The notes under the pieces were generated by a model. The model worked only from the letters and a program-made list of their open reading frames with translations. It ran no database searches and was not told the origin of the DNA. From Bacteriovoracaceae bacterium (GTDB taxonomy: Bacteria; Bdellovibrionota; Bacteriovoracia; Bacteriovoracales; Bacteriovoracaceae): a stretch of DNA of 64,000 nucleotides. The stretch covers positions 901 to 64,900 of the forward strand of contig QKCN01000029.1 of NCBI GenBank assembly GCA_003245675.1, in the 5' to 3' direction. Numbering within the stretch: position 1 is the first letter of the stretch; every line of letters begins with the position of its first letter. Position numbers and translations under genes: made by a program. Shown in pieces: positions 1 to 9,175 of the stretch.

Positions 1-2
1 TT

Positions 3-578
3 CTTTTCGATGAGTCACGAGCTCTAGAACGCCTGATGAAACACTTTCCGAAGGGAGACAAGGTTCTTTTTAAAAATAGAGGATTAGATCCAGTAAGTGC
101 ATTTGAAAAGGGGATAGAGCTTTTAAAGCCTTTTTTGGTAAATTGTGAAGAAGAGATAAAGGCATTGCAGCAGCGCTTTTTTGCTTTAGCACAGCAGCTT
201 CAGACGGCAAAGGTCATGCGCCAAAATCCACTTTTGTTTTTTTTGGGAAGTGTTAAAGAGCGATTGCCTGATATTTTGATCAACAGAGATGGCTTTGTTC
301 TTTATCTTTTGGATCATGATCTTATTCAGTCCTATCCTTCATCTCTTTCCTATGTTGCTTGGTCAGAGATCTTGCTGAAAAAAATGCCCGCAGCAACTCT
401 TTATCTAGGAGTTGAAGGGGAGAAGAGCTGTTTGAAGCTCAGAGTAAACGCTTTTAAGAAGAATTATTATGATATTTGTCATCGTTTTGCCCTTATCCCC
501 GGTATCGGTCAGCTTCTATTTTTAGAGGAATTCCCTGAAAAACTATTCCCTATAATTGGAGTAAGTTCTCGAAAATAG
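3..578 (+). CDS. Hypothetical protein, probably 5'-truncated by the window edge
   Basis: The reading frame is open from nt 3 with no in-frame stop before the first ATG at 36. No diagnostic motif recognised. Confidence 0.45.
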   Translation, partial: LFDESRALERLMKHFPKGDKVLFKNRGLDPVSAFEKGIELLKPFLVNCEEEIKALQQRFFALAQQLQTAKVMRQNPLLFFLGSVKERLPDILINRDGFVLYLLDHDLIQSYPSSLSYVAWSEILLKKMPAATLYLGVEGEKSCLKLRVNAFKKNYYDICHRFALIPGIGQLLFLEEFPEKLFPIIGVSSRK

Positions 579-767
579 GTTCCTATTTCTTTTTTATACT
601 CCTTTTTTTTGTTTAGTTCTAAAAAATCATAAAGTTTGCTGCGGTGCGTCCGACAAGTTTGTTGTGCAGTGAGTTAACTGTTTTATGAACCATCTATCTC
701 CTTGATGGAACGCAAACCGAGAGGCGGAACATCAAATTTATAGGAGAGAGAGTTTTAGGAGGTAAAT

Positions 768-1628
768 ATGAAAAGGGCCAACTTAGTTGCAACATTGGTA
801 CTGACTAGTGTTATTGCAATGCCAACTTTCGCAGGTGAAAGACGCGACCTGAAGAAAATGTGTAAGAATGAGTACAAAGTTTGTCGTAAAGGCGAAAGCC
901 GCAAAGTTTGTCGTGTACAATTGAAACAATGCCGTGTTGATAATGGTGTTGCTTTTAAAGATGACCTTAAGTGGTTTGGAGCGAAAGTTAAAGACTTCGT
1001 GAAAAAAGCAGCTGGCGTTATTGACGTAAAATATGGTGTAACAGAGGATGTGGGAGAATACTTAAAAGTATCTTTCAAATCTGAAAATTTTAGCCGTGTT
1101 AATGACTTTTATTTTCAACCAGAAGGACTTCGTTCTAGTATCGAAATTCTTCCAGATGCAGAAGGTGTAAAAGATCTTGCTTTTAGAGTTTATCTTAACG
1201 ACCTAGAAGACAATAGCTTGGCAATGCCTCTTCAAACAACTGAAGGAAGATCATTCCCAAAATTTATCGATGGAATTCGTTATGAGAGTCTATTCGGTGT
1301 ACCTTTCCAAGTAGCAGGAAAAGAAAATTTCCAATTCTATCTTGATCCAGCAAAGAAAATGGTTGGTGTTTTCATGCCAGCACCACTTTCTGGTAAAATG
1401 ATTCAGTTCTTCAATGATACAAAGAACAAAATCAAAATTAAAGAACTTGAGCTTGGTAAAATGATTCCAGATATCAACTCTATCCCAGCAAATATTAAGG
1501 TGAGAGGAGTTAAAGTTGGACGTTTCTACTTCTTGGCAAAAGATGAAAACGGTGAGAACTCTGGTGTAATGCTTCTTTTCGGAATTGACGAGTTGAAAGC
1601 AATTGCGGCAGAAGAACTTGCTGAATAA
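768..1628 (+). CDS. Secreted protein of unknown function
   Basis: Strong SD (taggaggtaaat-ATG). N-terminal signal peptide MKRANLVATLVLTSVIAMPTFAG. Lys/Cys-rich segment follows. A hairpin terminator lies downstream. Confidence 0.7.
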   Translation: MKRANLVATLVLTSVIAMPTFAGERRDLKKMCKNEYKVCRKGESRKVCRVQLKQCRVDNGVAFKDDLKWFGAKVKDFVKKAAGVIDVKYGVTEDVGEYLKVSFKSENFSRVNDFYFQPEGLRSSIEILPDAEGVKDLAFRVYLNDLEDNSLAMPLQTTEGRSFPKFIDGIRYESLFGVPFQVAGKENFQFYLDPAKKMVGVFMPAPLSGKMIQFFNDTKNKIKIKELELGKMIPDINSIPANIKVRGVKVGRFYFLAKDENGENSGVMLLFGIDELKAIAAEELAE

Positions 1629-1659
1629 GAATAAAGTTCTTACAAAAAATTAAAACAAG

Positions 1660-1690
1660 GAAAGCCCCCTTCGTGAGAAGGGGGTTTTCT
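1660..1690 (+). terminator. Rho-independent terminator after 768-1628
   Basis: GC stem cccccttc / gaaggggg with loop gtga, followed by ttttcttg. Confidence 0.6.
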
Positions 1691-1724
1691 TGTTTGTCGT
1701 ATGGATATTTTTTAAAAAAATTAT

Positions 1725-2309
1725 CTAATAGTCACTATTGCTTGTGATGATAATACTTGAAAGATAATCTCGCTCCCCCCCCTGTCCTTTTGAATATTCG
1801 CTCCAGAAGGAAACTGTAAAGAAATTTTCTCCCGCCAAAAAAGATATTTCATATGACATTATGGTACCGTCGTTAAACCTGCCCGATACTACCTTCTCTA
1901 GTAGGTCGACATCATCCAACGTTTTGATATATGAATAGAAATGATTTGCTGTCATATCGAAAAAGCTTTTCTCTGAAAAGTTTTCCCCCGATTTTACCCA
2001 TGCACCAGGAAGGCGATCACGCTTTGTAGAATTGTCAAATTGTCCATATAGGACGATTTGATAAACATCTCCACCATCAGAAATGTATGCTTCGTATTTC
2101 CCTTTAACATCATAAATCCAGCAGACATCTCGACCATATCTGCGACTTTCTTTCCACTTGATACAGGTTCCTCCAAAGCTATTTTTGATATCCGACTCTG
2201 TAGTCTCTAAAAGTTTGATATTGTGAGGAAGTCTTTTAAAGGGGTTTTCTGCCGAGAAAACAAAATTTGTTATTGAAAACAAAAGAGTAAAGTACAACAT
2301 CATTTTCAT
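1725..2309 (-). CDS. Secreted protein of unknown function
   Basis: Signal peptide MKMMLYFTLLFSITNFVFSA. SD GGAGG lies 4 nt upstream of the ATG. No recognisable domain. Confidence 0.65.
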   Translation of the reverse strand: MKMMLYFTLLFSITNFVFSAENPFKRLPHNIKLLETTESDIKNSFGGTCIKWKESRRYGRDVCWIYDVKGKYEAYISDGGDVYQIVLYGQFDNSTKRDRLPGAWVKSGENFSEKSFFDMTANHFYSYIKTLDDVDLLEKVVSGRFNDGTIMSYEISFLAGENFFTVSFWSEYSKGQGGERDYLSSIIITSNSDY

Positions 2310-2313
2310 AAAA

Positions 2314-2341
2314 CCTCCAAAATTATAAATTTGTTTGGAGG
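2314..2341 (-). promoter_or_regulatory. Hairpin that can sequester the SD of the 1725-2309 gene
   Basis: The minus-strand mRNA reads CCUCCAAA-(12 nt)-UUUGGAGG-uuuu-AUG. The 8-bp stem pairs the GGAGG SD with an upstream anti-SD. Confidence 0.35.
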
Positions 2342-2915
2342 CTTACTTAACAAAATATCTTGGGAATAGATAGAGGCCTGGATACAAATTACAGCGTTAA
2401 ATTAAATAAAAGAACCTCCTTAGGATATTGAGGGGGATTTATTCAAAGATGAATGTTCTCATTCGAATTCTTTCGAGGATTCTATCAGTCTGGCCTTTAT
2501 TCTTTAGCCATTGCTCCGCTTATTTGTATTATAGATCTGGTATTTCAGAATATATTTACTGGATACTATTTGAAGCTCGTTTAAGGATTGATCGGTTGTG
2601 AAACCTATTTTAATACTTTCTCATTCATCTTAAATCGTGGGGGATGAGTGCAATTTGCAAGTTATTTTTGTTATTAGGAAAATAAGTTCCCCTGAGGTAA
2701 TGTTAGTTAATTCAGTCAGTTAAGGTGTTAGACTGTCTGAAAATCTTCATTTATTAACTTGCTCGAAATAATAGGTAGAGAAGATTTATCTTGAGGGCCT
2801 AAAAGGGAGTGGGGTCAATTTTGCCCCATGGTATTTTGAATACTCTTAAGGAGATAATAAAAATGAGAGCGTTTTCTAAGGATTAGAAAACAAGAGATGA
2901 AAAGGGAGTTTCACC

Positions 2916-3761
2916 ATGATTAAAAGTCTAATTTTATTTGTATTTATTCTACCTGGCCTTGCTTTAGCTAGTAACAAAGTTGTTTATGGCGAGGATAATC
3001 GCCTTGATGTTTTTGAAGAAACCAATTGTCTATACAGAGAATTGGCACTATCTACAGCTGCTCAGATTCCACATTCTGCGCTTCAATCTGATGGCAACTA
3101 TGTGGATATTATCGGTTCAACACTCGCTTCTCGCGGAATTTGCTCTTATGAAAAATTTGCTCAACAGATGACTGCTGCTCGTTGTTCAGGCTTTCTTGTT
3201 GGAGATGATCTTTTAGTAACTGCTGGTCACTGTATTACTTCAGAGACTGATTGTGCTAACTACTCTTGGGTTTTTGATTACAAACAAGAAGAAGGTCGTA
3301 CAGGAATTGAAGTTTCTAAAGACAGTGTTTATCGCTGTAAAAAAATCATTGAGCGCTCTCTTGATAACTCCACCATGGATGATTATGCTCTCATTCGTTT
3401 AGACAGAAAAGTTGTTGACCGTCCAGTTCTTGATATTAGAAAAGAAGGCAAGCCTCAAGTCGGTGATGAAATTGTTGTGATTGGTCATCCTACAGGTCTT
3501 CCTACTAAAATCTCTGCTGGTGCAAATATTCGTGCTCTGAAAGGAAAATACTTCACCGCTAACCTTGATACTTTTGGTGGTAATTCTGGTTCTGCAGTAT
3601 TCAATGCAACAACAGGTATGGTTGAAGGTATCCTCGTTCGTGGAGAAACTGACTATACTTATGATTATGCAAATTCTTGCCGCAAGGTTTACCGTGTTTC
3701 TGACTCAGGTGGACGCGGAGAAGATGTTACCTACATCACAAACATTAACTATCTCAAATAG
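2916..3761 (+). CDS. Secreted trypsin-like (S1 family) serine endopeptidase
   Basis: Signal peptide. The catalytic triad contexts are present: LLVTAGHC (His), DDYALIRLD (Asp), GGNSGSAVF (Ser). Confidence 0.85.
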   Translation: MIKSLILFVFILPGLALASNKVVYGEDNRLDVFEETNCLYRELALSTAAQIPHSALQSDGNYVDIIGSTLASRGICSYEKFAQQMTAARCSGFLVGDDLLVTAGHCITSETDCANYSWVFDYKQEEGRTGIEVSKDSVYRCKKIIERSLDNSTMDDYALIRLDRKVVDRPVLDIRKEGKPQVGDEIVVIGHPTGLPTKISAGANIRALKGKYFTANLDTFGGNSGSAVFNATTGMVEGILVRGETDYTYDYANSCRKVYRVSDSGGRGEDVTYITNINYLK

Positions 3762-3792
3762 TTCTGATATAATTATCATTACTTGAGAAAAA

Positions 3793-3819
3793 GAAGGCCT
3801 CTCTTTATGAGAGGCCTTC
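3793..3819 (+). terminator. Hairpin after the protease gene
   Basis: gaaggcctctc / gagaggccttc, an 11-bp stem. The T-tract is weak. Confidence 0.45.
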
Positions 3820-3841
3820 GCCATTTAAGGGAGTCAGGATC

Positions 3842-5143
3842 ATGCTCATTATAAAAAATGGAACAGTCGTTAATGTCGACCAACAAATTACCAATTGCGA
3901 TATAAAGATTGAGAAGGGGAAAATTGTTGAAGTCGGGCAGAATCTAAAATCTCAAGGTCATCGCGAGATTGATGCCACTGCCTGTATGGTTTATCCTGGT
4001 GGAATTGATCCTCATGTTCATTTGCATTTAGAAGTTTCAGGTACTGCCTCTTCTGATGATTTTGAGACGGGATCTCTTGCCGCTTTAAGTGGAGGAACAA
4101 CTTCGCTTATTGATTTTGTAACCCCTAATCGCGGGCAATCTATGTTAGATGCTCTTTTTAAAAGAGAAAAACAGGTAAAGAATTGTCGTACGTCTTTGCG
4201 TTTTCATATGGGTGTTACTTCTTGGAATGATAAAAGTTTTGATGAGATGAAGGCGTGCATGCAAAAAGGGATTATGTCTTTTAAGACTTTCTTTGCTTAT
4301 TTACAGACTATTGGGATTGGCGATAGAGAGTTTCTCAAGGCCTTAAAAGCGAGCAAAGAGTTAGGTGCTTTAATTACTTTGCATGCCGAAAATGGAGAGT
4401 TAGTTGAGTATCGTCGGGAGCTTTTAAAAAATGAGGGGAAACTAAGTCCTCGTTTTCATCCTTTATCTCGCCCTTCGGAAGTTGAAGATGAAGCAGCTGC
4501 ACGTGCTATGCTTATGGCCGAAGCAGTCGGCTGTCCGCTTTATATTGTGCATACCAGCTCCGCAGGGGTGATTGAGGTCGCTCAAAAATTTCGCGCCCGT
4601 GGTAATAAAGTCTTTATTGAAACTTGTCCTCAATATCTCTTTCTTGATGATTCTGTTTATGAGCAAGATTTTATAGAATCGGCCGCTTTTGTAATGAGTC
4701 CACCCATTCGTCCTAAAGGGCATCAAGAAAAGCTCATTGAAGCAATGGGACAAGGTTTAATTGATACAGTGGGAACAGATCATTGTCCTTTTTCGGCCGC
4801 ACAAAAAAAAGTCGGAGAGAACGATTTTACGATTATACCCAATGGGGCTGGAGGAATTGAGCATCGCTTGCTTCTTTTACATTCTGAGCTTGTGCAAACA
4901 GGCAAGATTACTCCTAAACAATTTGTCGCTCAAACTTCCTATAACACGGCCCAAATTTTTAAATGGAAAGGCAAAGGGGAGCTTCGTCCTGGTTTTGATG
5001 CCGATATTGTGGTTGTTGATCCTCAAGTGAAGACAATTATTACTGCACAAACTCAGATGCAAAAAAATGACCAAAGCATCTTTGAGGGAAAGGTTCTTAA
5101 TGCTCAGGTTCGAACTGTGATTTTAAATGGAGAAGTTGTTTAA
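3842..5143 (+). CDS. Dihydropyrimidinase / D-hydantoinase family cyclic amidohydrolase (HyuA-like)
   Basis: All metal-ligand contexts are present: GGIDPHVHL, SFKTF (carbamylated Lys), LHAEN, YIVHTSS, GTDHCPF. It aligns by eye along its whole length with E. coli HyuA. Confidence 0.85.
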   Translation: MLIIKNGTVVNVDQQITNCDIKIEKGKIVEVGQNLKSQGHREIDATACMVYPGGIDPHVHLHLEVSGTASSDDFETGSLAALSGGTTSLIDFVTPNRGQSMLDALFKREKQVKNCRTSLRFHMGVTSWNDKSFDEMKACMQKGIMSFKTFFAYLQTIGIGDREFLKALKASKELGALITLHAENGELVEYRRELLKNEGKLSPRFHPLSRPSEVEDEAAARAMLMAEAVGCPLYIVHTSSAGVIEVAQKFRARGNKVFIETCPQYLFLDDSVYEQDFIESAAFVMSPPIRPKGHQEKLIEAMGQGLIDTVGTDHCPFSAAQKKVGENDFTIIPNGAGGIEHRLLLLHSELVQTGKITPKQFVAQTSYNTAQIFKWKGKGELRPGFDADIVVVDPQVKTIITAQTQMQKNDQSIFEGKVLNAQVRTVILNGEVV

Positions 5144-6156
5144 TCTTTTCTATTTCGAAGATTGGGATTAAGCAATAGCCCGTCGGTGAGATTGATATTT
5201 CCCGTTTTTACTTTGTTGATTCCCAAGGCTTTCATAAAGCCAGAAACGAGAATGAGGTTGGAAACATCGGTAGGAGCATATTCTCCACCAATTTGAGCAT
5301 CTGTTAAGCCAATATTTGTGTTGAGAAATTTATCCAACATTTCTAGCGTATAGGCTCCCTTGAAATTAATTTTTTCGCCAATACTGTAGTGGTGAACGCC
5401 GCCAATTCCGATGATTTGGGTATTGGGCGATTTAATTTTTGCTTGAAGTACTGGAGGAACACTGTATTGGGCGATAAGGCGGGCATCTCTTTGAGCCTGT
5501 TCTTTATTTGAAGAGGAGATTGGGTTTGGCGTTTTCTCTTTCTGTGGATCTTTATTTTGGACTTCTTCAATGATGTGGTTTTTAAAGGAAACAGAGGCGA
5601 GTTTTCCTTCATAGATAAGATATTTATCATGCCCCAAGTAGCTGGAAATTTGCATCGAACCTCCGCCAATATCCCAAACAACTATGTCTTTGAGATTTTT
5701 ATCGCTAAAAGTCGATGCTCCTACAAAACCAATAATCGCTTCTGTTTTTTGAGAGATCACCCGAATTTGAATTCCTGTTTCCTTTGCGATTTCTTTTATC
5801 GCCTGTTCGCCATTTTTAGAGGTTCGAAAGGCAGAAGTGGCAACTCCGACGTAGAGATCAGGCTTATAGTTTTTGGCCAATCGCTTAAGTGCTTTGAGGG
5901 ATGTAATCCCAGAGCTAATAATCTTTTTTGATAATGTATTGTCCTTAGATTCTTTGAGGTCTTGTTTGTAGCCGACTGCGCGATGGTCTTCTAAGAGAAT
6001 CTTTTTGATTTTAAAGAGGCAGGTGTCCACTTGGGCGACTTTGAGTTTGGTTGTACCAGAGCCTATATCAAAAGCGGCTCGCGTTTTAATGCAGTCAGAG
6101 GCGAATGTTAGAGAGCTTAAAAATAATGTGATGATGACTAGTGCGCCGAGTTTCAT
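5140..6156 (-). CDS. Ppx/GppA-family (ASKHA fold) phosphatase with an N-terminal signal peptide
   Basis: Phosphate-binding motifs FDIGSGTTKLKV and VWDIGGGSMQIS. The hydrophobic N-terminus MKLGALVIITLFLSSLTFA indicates export. Confidence 0.7.
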   Translation of the reverse strand: MKLGALVIITLFLSSLTFASDCIKTRAAFDIGSGTTKLKVAQVDTCLFKIKKILLEDHRAVGYKQDLKESKDNTLSKKIISSGITSLKALKRLAKNYKPDLYVGVATSAFRTSKNGEQAIKEIAKETGIQIRVISQKTEAIIGFVGASTFSDKNLKDIVVWDIGGGSMQISSYLGHDKYLIYEGKLASVSFKNHIIEEVQNKDPQKEKTPNPISSSNKEQAQRDARLIAQYSVPPVLQAKIKSPNTQIIGIGGVHHYSIGEKINFKGAYTLEMLDKFLNTNIGLTDAQIGGEYAPTDVSNLILVSGFMKALGINKVKTGNINLTDGLLLNPNLRNRKD

Positions 6157-6339
6157 GTGTTAGTTCCTCTTTGAATATTTTGAATCCGTCAATTATGGCC
6201 ATAATCTTTCTTGAAGTAAATGAACAGCTGTCAAAATATTTGACACTATTTTTTGCCAAGTTATTGGATTTTAGATGATAGAATGGCCCATCTTTTGCTC
6301 CTTTCTTTACTGCTATTTTATTATTCATGGGGGAGTTGT

Positions 6340-6633
6340 ATGAAGCCTTTTCTTTTGTTTTTTTTATTGAGTATTGCTGTGCCTGCTTTGGCCGAAATTG
6401 AAATTAGTTCTATTTTTTGTCAGGTCGATTATTATTATTCTGGTCCTTTTAGCGTAACTCGTTATCGCGTTCAGCGCGTGGAGAAAGGGAAGAATATTAA
6501 AGAGCGTTATAACGGAATTCCCACTTCGTGGAGTACTTTCACCAACTATAAAACCCTCGAAGATGGATTTAAAACTCGCCATGATGCCATTGAGGCTAAG
6601 CTCGTCTATCAAGAAAATGGAGATTGCAATTGA
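6340..6633 (+). CDS. Small secreted protein (97 aa) of unknown function
   Basis: SD gggggag lies 5 nt before the ATG at 6340. Signal peptide MKPFLLFFLLSIAVPALA. Two Cys residues. The stop overlaps the next start (TGATG). Confidence 0.55.
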   Translation: MKPFLLFFLLSIAVPALAEIEISSIFCQVDYYYSGPFSVTRYRVQRVEKGKNIKERYNGIPTSWSTFTNYKTLEDGFKTRHDAIEAKLVYQENGDCN

Positions 6634-7886
6634 TGAGGTTCTTTCTTTTCTTTGGGCTTATCTGCTTTTCACTAAGTAGCTTTGCTGCTTTGGAGAAGTT
6701 TATTATTAAAAGTGGTGACTTTGAAGCGAGTTTTCTTTTAAGTCCACTTATGCCTCAAGAGTATCGCCAGATGCTTAAAGAGGATCTTCGTTTTATTGCG
6801 AGTATTCCCAAAACGAATGTGGGGACCCCTCTTCATCACAAAGTTTTTGGAGGCCCTGTTTCAGGTGAAACCTATTTGCGCTGGCTAGAGCAAAGAATGT
6901 ATCGCATAAAGTATACAGAGGCGAAGCGCTATGAGGCGGCAGTTGCTTTTAATCGTAAAAATCCCAATATCTTTTTAAGGGGTAACAATAAAAAGAGGCA
7001 TTCAGTCTTTTTTACTCCGGCAACTTATTTTGATTCGGATAGAATAGAACGCTTAGCAACTATCATCCATGAAGCACGCCATACTGATGGATTTCAGCAT
7101 GTGAATTGTCAGGAGCCTGGTGACTTAGATATGTATGATCGACTTTCTCATAATTTTAGTGTTGAGGGCAAAGCCTGTGATACAGTTGCATGGGGAAGCT
7201 ATGGGGCGGAGTTGATTTTTAAGTTTAATCTTTTAAAGGCTTTTCCCGATTATTTAGGTGATAACTTTCATGAAAACGAGGGGGATCAAATAGTCTCGCG
7301 GGAGGCAAGACGTCTCTTAAATGAGGATCTTATTGGTCCAATGGTTCCTCTTTCTTTGTTTGATGCTGTTGGCTGGAATGATGCTATGGCCGTTGAGCGT
7401 TTCTATGAACAGCACCAAGAAAAAGGGGAGCAAGTTTATCTCGATGGCATTGCTCAAAGTCTTATTTTGGAGGCTTTGGATCATTCTTCTTATTTGGTGA
7501 TCGAAAAACTTTATGACTTAGGTCTTTCTGGTAAAGCGATTTTTCATGTATTTGATATCAACTGCTCTTGGGTTTGGAATGCACATCTTTTCTCCTTTGA
7601 ATTTCTGGAGCAGCTATTTGGACCAATTGGCGTTGACATTAACAAGCCTGCCGGTGACATGCGTAGAATTCTTCATTTTGCTGTTTTAAATTATCCAGAC
7701 TCAAAAAATTTAGTCGAGCATCTCGTGGATTGGGGGGCCAATCCATGCCTTAAGAATTTATATGGAGAGAATGTTTTACAATACTATCGCCGCATGCAAC
7801 AGCTACGGGGCAATGAAAGCAGTGATGAGTTTTTTAAAAACTTGGAAGACCTGCGCTCTGTATTGGGAACTTGTCCTACTCGCTAA
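6633..7886 (+). CDS. Secreted putative zinc metallopeptidase (metzincin-type motif) with an ankyrin-repeat-like C-terminus
   Basis: Signal peptide. Exact HEXXHXXGXXH match (HEARHTDGFQH). The C-terminal segment ILHFAVLNYPDSKNLVEHLVDWGANPCLKNLYGENVLQYY resembles an ankyrin repeat. Confidence 0.6.
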   Translation: MRFFLFFGLICFSLSSFAALEKFIIKSGDFEASFLLSPLMPQEYRQMLKEDLRFIASIPKTNVGTPLHHKVFGGPVSGETYLRWLEQRMYRIKYTEAKRYEAAVAFNRKNPNIFLRGNNKKRHSVFFTPATYFDSDRIERLATIIHEARHTDGFQHVNCQEPGDLDMYDRLSHNFSVEGKACDTVAWGSYGAELIFKFNLLKAFPDYLGDNFHENEGDQIVSREARRLLNEDLIGPMVPLSLFDAVGWNDAMAVERFYEQHQEKGEQVYLDGIAQSLILEALDHSSYLVIEKLYDLGLSGKAIFHVFDINCSWVWNAHLFSFEFLEQLFGPIGVDINKPAGDMRRILHFAVLNYPDSKNLVEHLVDWGANPCLKNLYGENVLQYYRRMQQLRGNESSDEFFKNLEDLRSVLGTCPTR

Positions 7887-8433
7887 AACGCTCTGTTGGA
7901 AACTGATAGAGCTCAACTGCCTCTATGCCATGCTTCCAAGCGTCCTCAGGCAGACCAGCTTTGGCGCAGACATTCGAAAGATATTCTTGGCGAGTCCAAT
8001 TGTGTTCCTGAGCAATTTGGGGAAGGAGCAAGCCTTGGTGTAGCCCTTTTTTAGCGATGAGTCCAACTTTGCCCATTTCAATTTTCTCGATATTAGTCAC
8101 TTCTGTAATTTCACCTAAGAGGCTGATTTCGATTTTGATGAGTTCTAGTTCTGCGGGACTGATTGGAGAATAGCTTGGATCAGACAGGGCAGCACGCAGG
8201 GCATAGCCTTCAATATTATTGATGAGAGGAGCATTTGAAGGTGATATTGTTCCACTATTTCCGCGCAAACAGCCATTGAGTCTGATCGTTACAAAACAGG
8301 CGATTCTTTCTTTCAAGATCGGAAGCATATTTTTAAATTCAGGAGAAGGTTCACTTTCTAAGCGAGCTTTAATCACGTGACGAGCATAATTGAGCAAATC
8401 TTTTTTGAGTTCGTCATTAATTTCGGGATACAT
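7876..8433 (-). CDS. AMMECR1-domain protein
   Basis: AMMECR1 layout is recognisable (ACFVTIRLNGCLRGNSGT...ALSDPSYSPISPAEL...GLLLPQIA). The canonical LRGCIG reads LRGNSG. Confidence 0.75.
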   Translation of the reverse strand: MYPEINDELKKDLLNYARHVIKARLESEPSPEFKNMLPILKERIACFVTIRLNGCLRGNSGTISPSNAPLINNIEGYALRAALSDPSYSPISPAELELIKIEISLLGEITEVTNIEKIEMGKVGLIAKKGLHQGLLLPQIAQEHNWTRQEYLSNVCAKAGLPEDAWKHGIEAVELYQFPTERFSE

Positions 8434-9175
8434 TCACAAGCTCCTTTTCAAGAACGTCTTTAGTTGTGAGTAAGGTTTTCTTTGTTCCTTCTGCAATACT
8501 TTCTTTTAATTTTGCTTCAATAATATCTTTATTTAAAAACCAGTGGTTTGTCGATACTAGGTAATCATATTTTACTAATGATTTTTGGGGGCCTTGAGAC
8601 TCTATTTCGTAAATTCCGGTCATTACATTAAAAGTGAGATCCTTTTCAATGATTTCTTTGAGGAATTGATGGCTTTCATCGTCATCAAGTGTGCGATGAA
8701 TGACTTTAATTTTTTTCGGTGAAAATTCAATTGTGACTTTTTGATGACACTGATAATTGCCTCTTTTTTCAATGCGTCGCCTTGTGATGAAATTCTTTAT
8801 TTGGGAGTTGTTCTCTAGCGGCTTTTGGAGATTGCTTTCAGCTTCAACCACTTCTTCGATAATGTTGTCATTAGGGTAGTAGCACTTTTCTTTTGAGGAA
8901 AGCCACTTTCGTTTTTCAGAGAATTCTTGATTACAGCGGCCTGAAAAATCGTAAAATGCTTTGGCAACTCTCTCCATTGGGGCATTGAATTCTAGTTCTT
9001 GATAAGCGCGTACAATGCGTAGATCATCTTGTTTGATTGACTGAATTTTTACGCCCTTTATTTCTTCTGCTGGGGGAAGCGATGCCTTTAGCTTTGCCCC
9101 TTTTTCTCCAAGGAAAAAATCATTGGCAAAGCTATTGTGTAATAGGAGGGCAAAGGCTAGGTAAATATATTTCAT
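8417..9175 (-). CDS. Secreted protein of unknown function
   Basis: Signal peptide MKYIYLAFALLLHNSFA. It overlaps the downstream AMMECR1 gene by 17 nt on the same strand. Confidence 0.6.
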   Translation of the reverse strand: MKYIYLAFALLLHNSFANDFFLGEKGAKLKASLPPAEEIKGVKIQSIKQDDLRIVRAYQELEFNAPMERVAKAFYDFSGRCNQEFSEKRKWLSSKEKCYYPNDNIIEEVVEAESNLQKPLENNSQIKNFITRRRIEKRGNYQCHQKVTIEFSPKKIKVIHRTLDDDESHQFLKEIIEKDLTFNVMTGIYEIESQGPQKSLVKYDYLVSTNHWFLNKDIIEAKLKESIAEGTKKTLLTTKDVLEKELVNVSRN

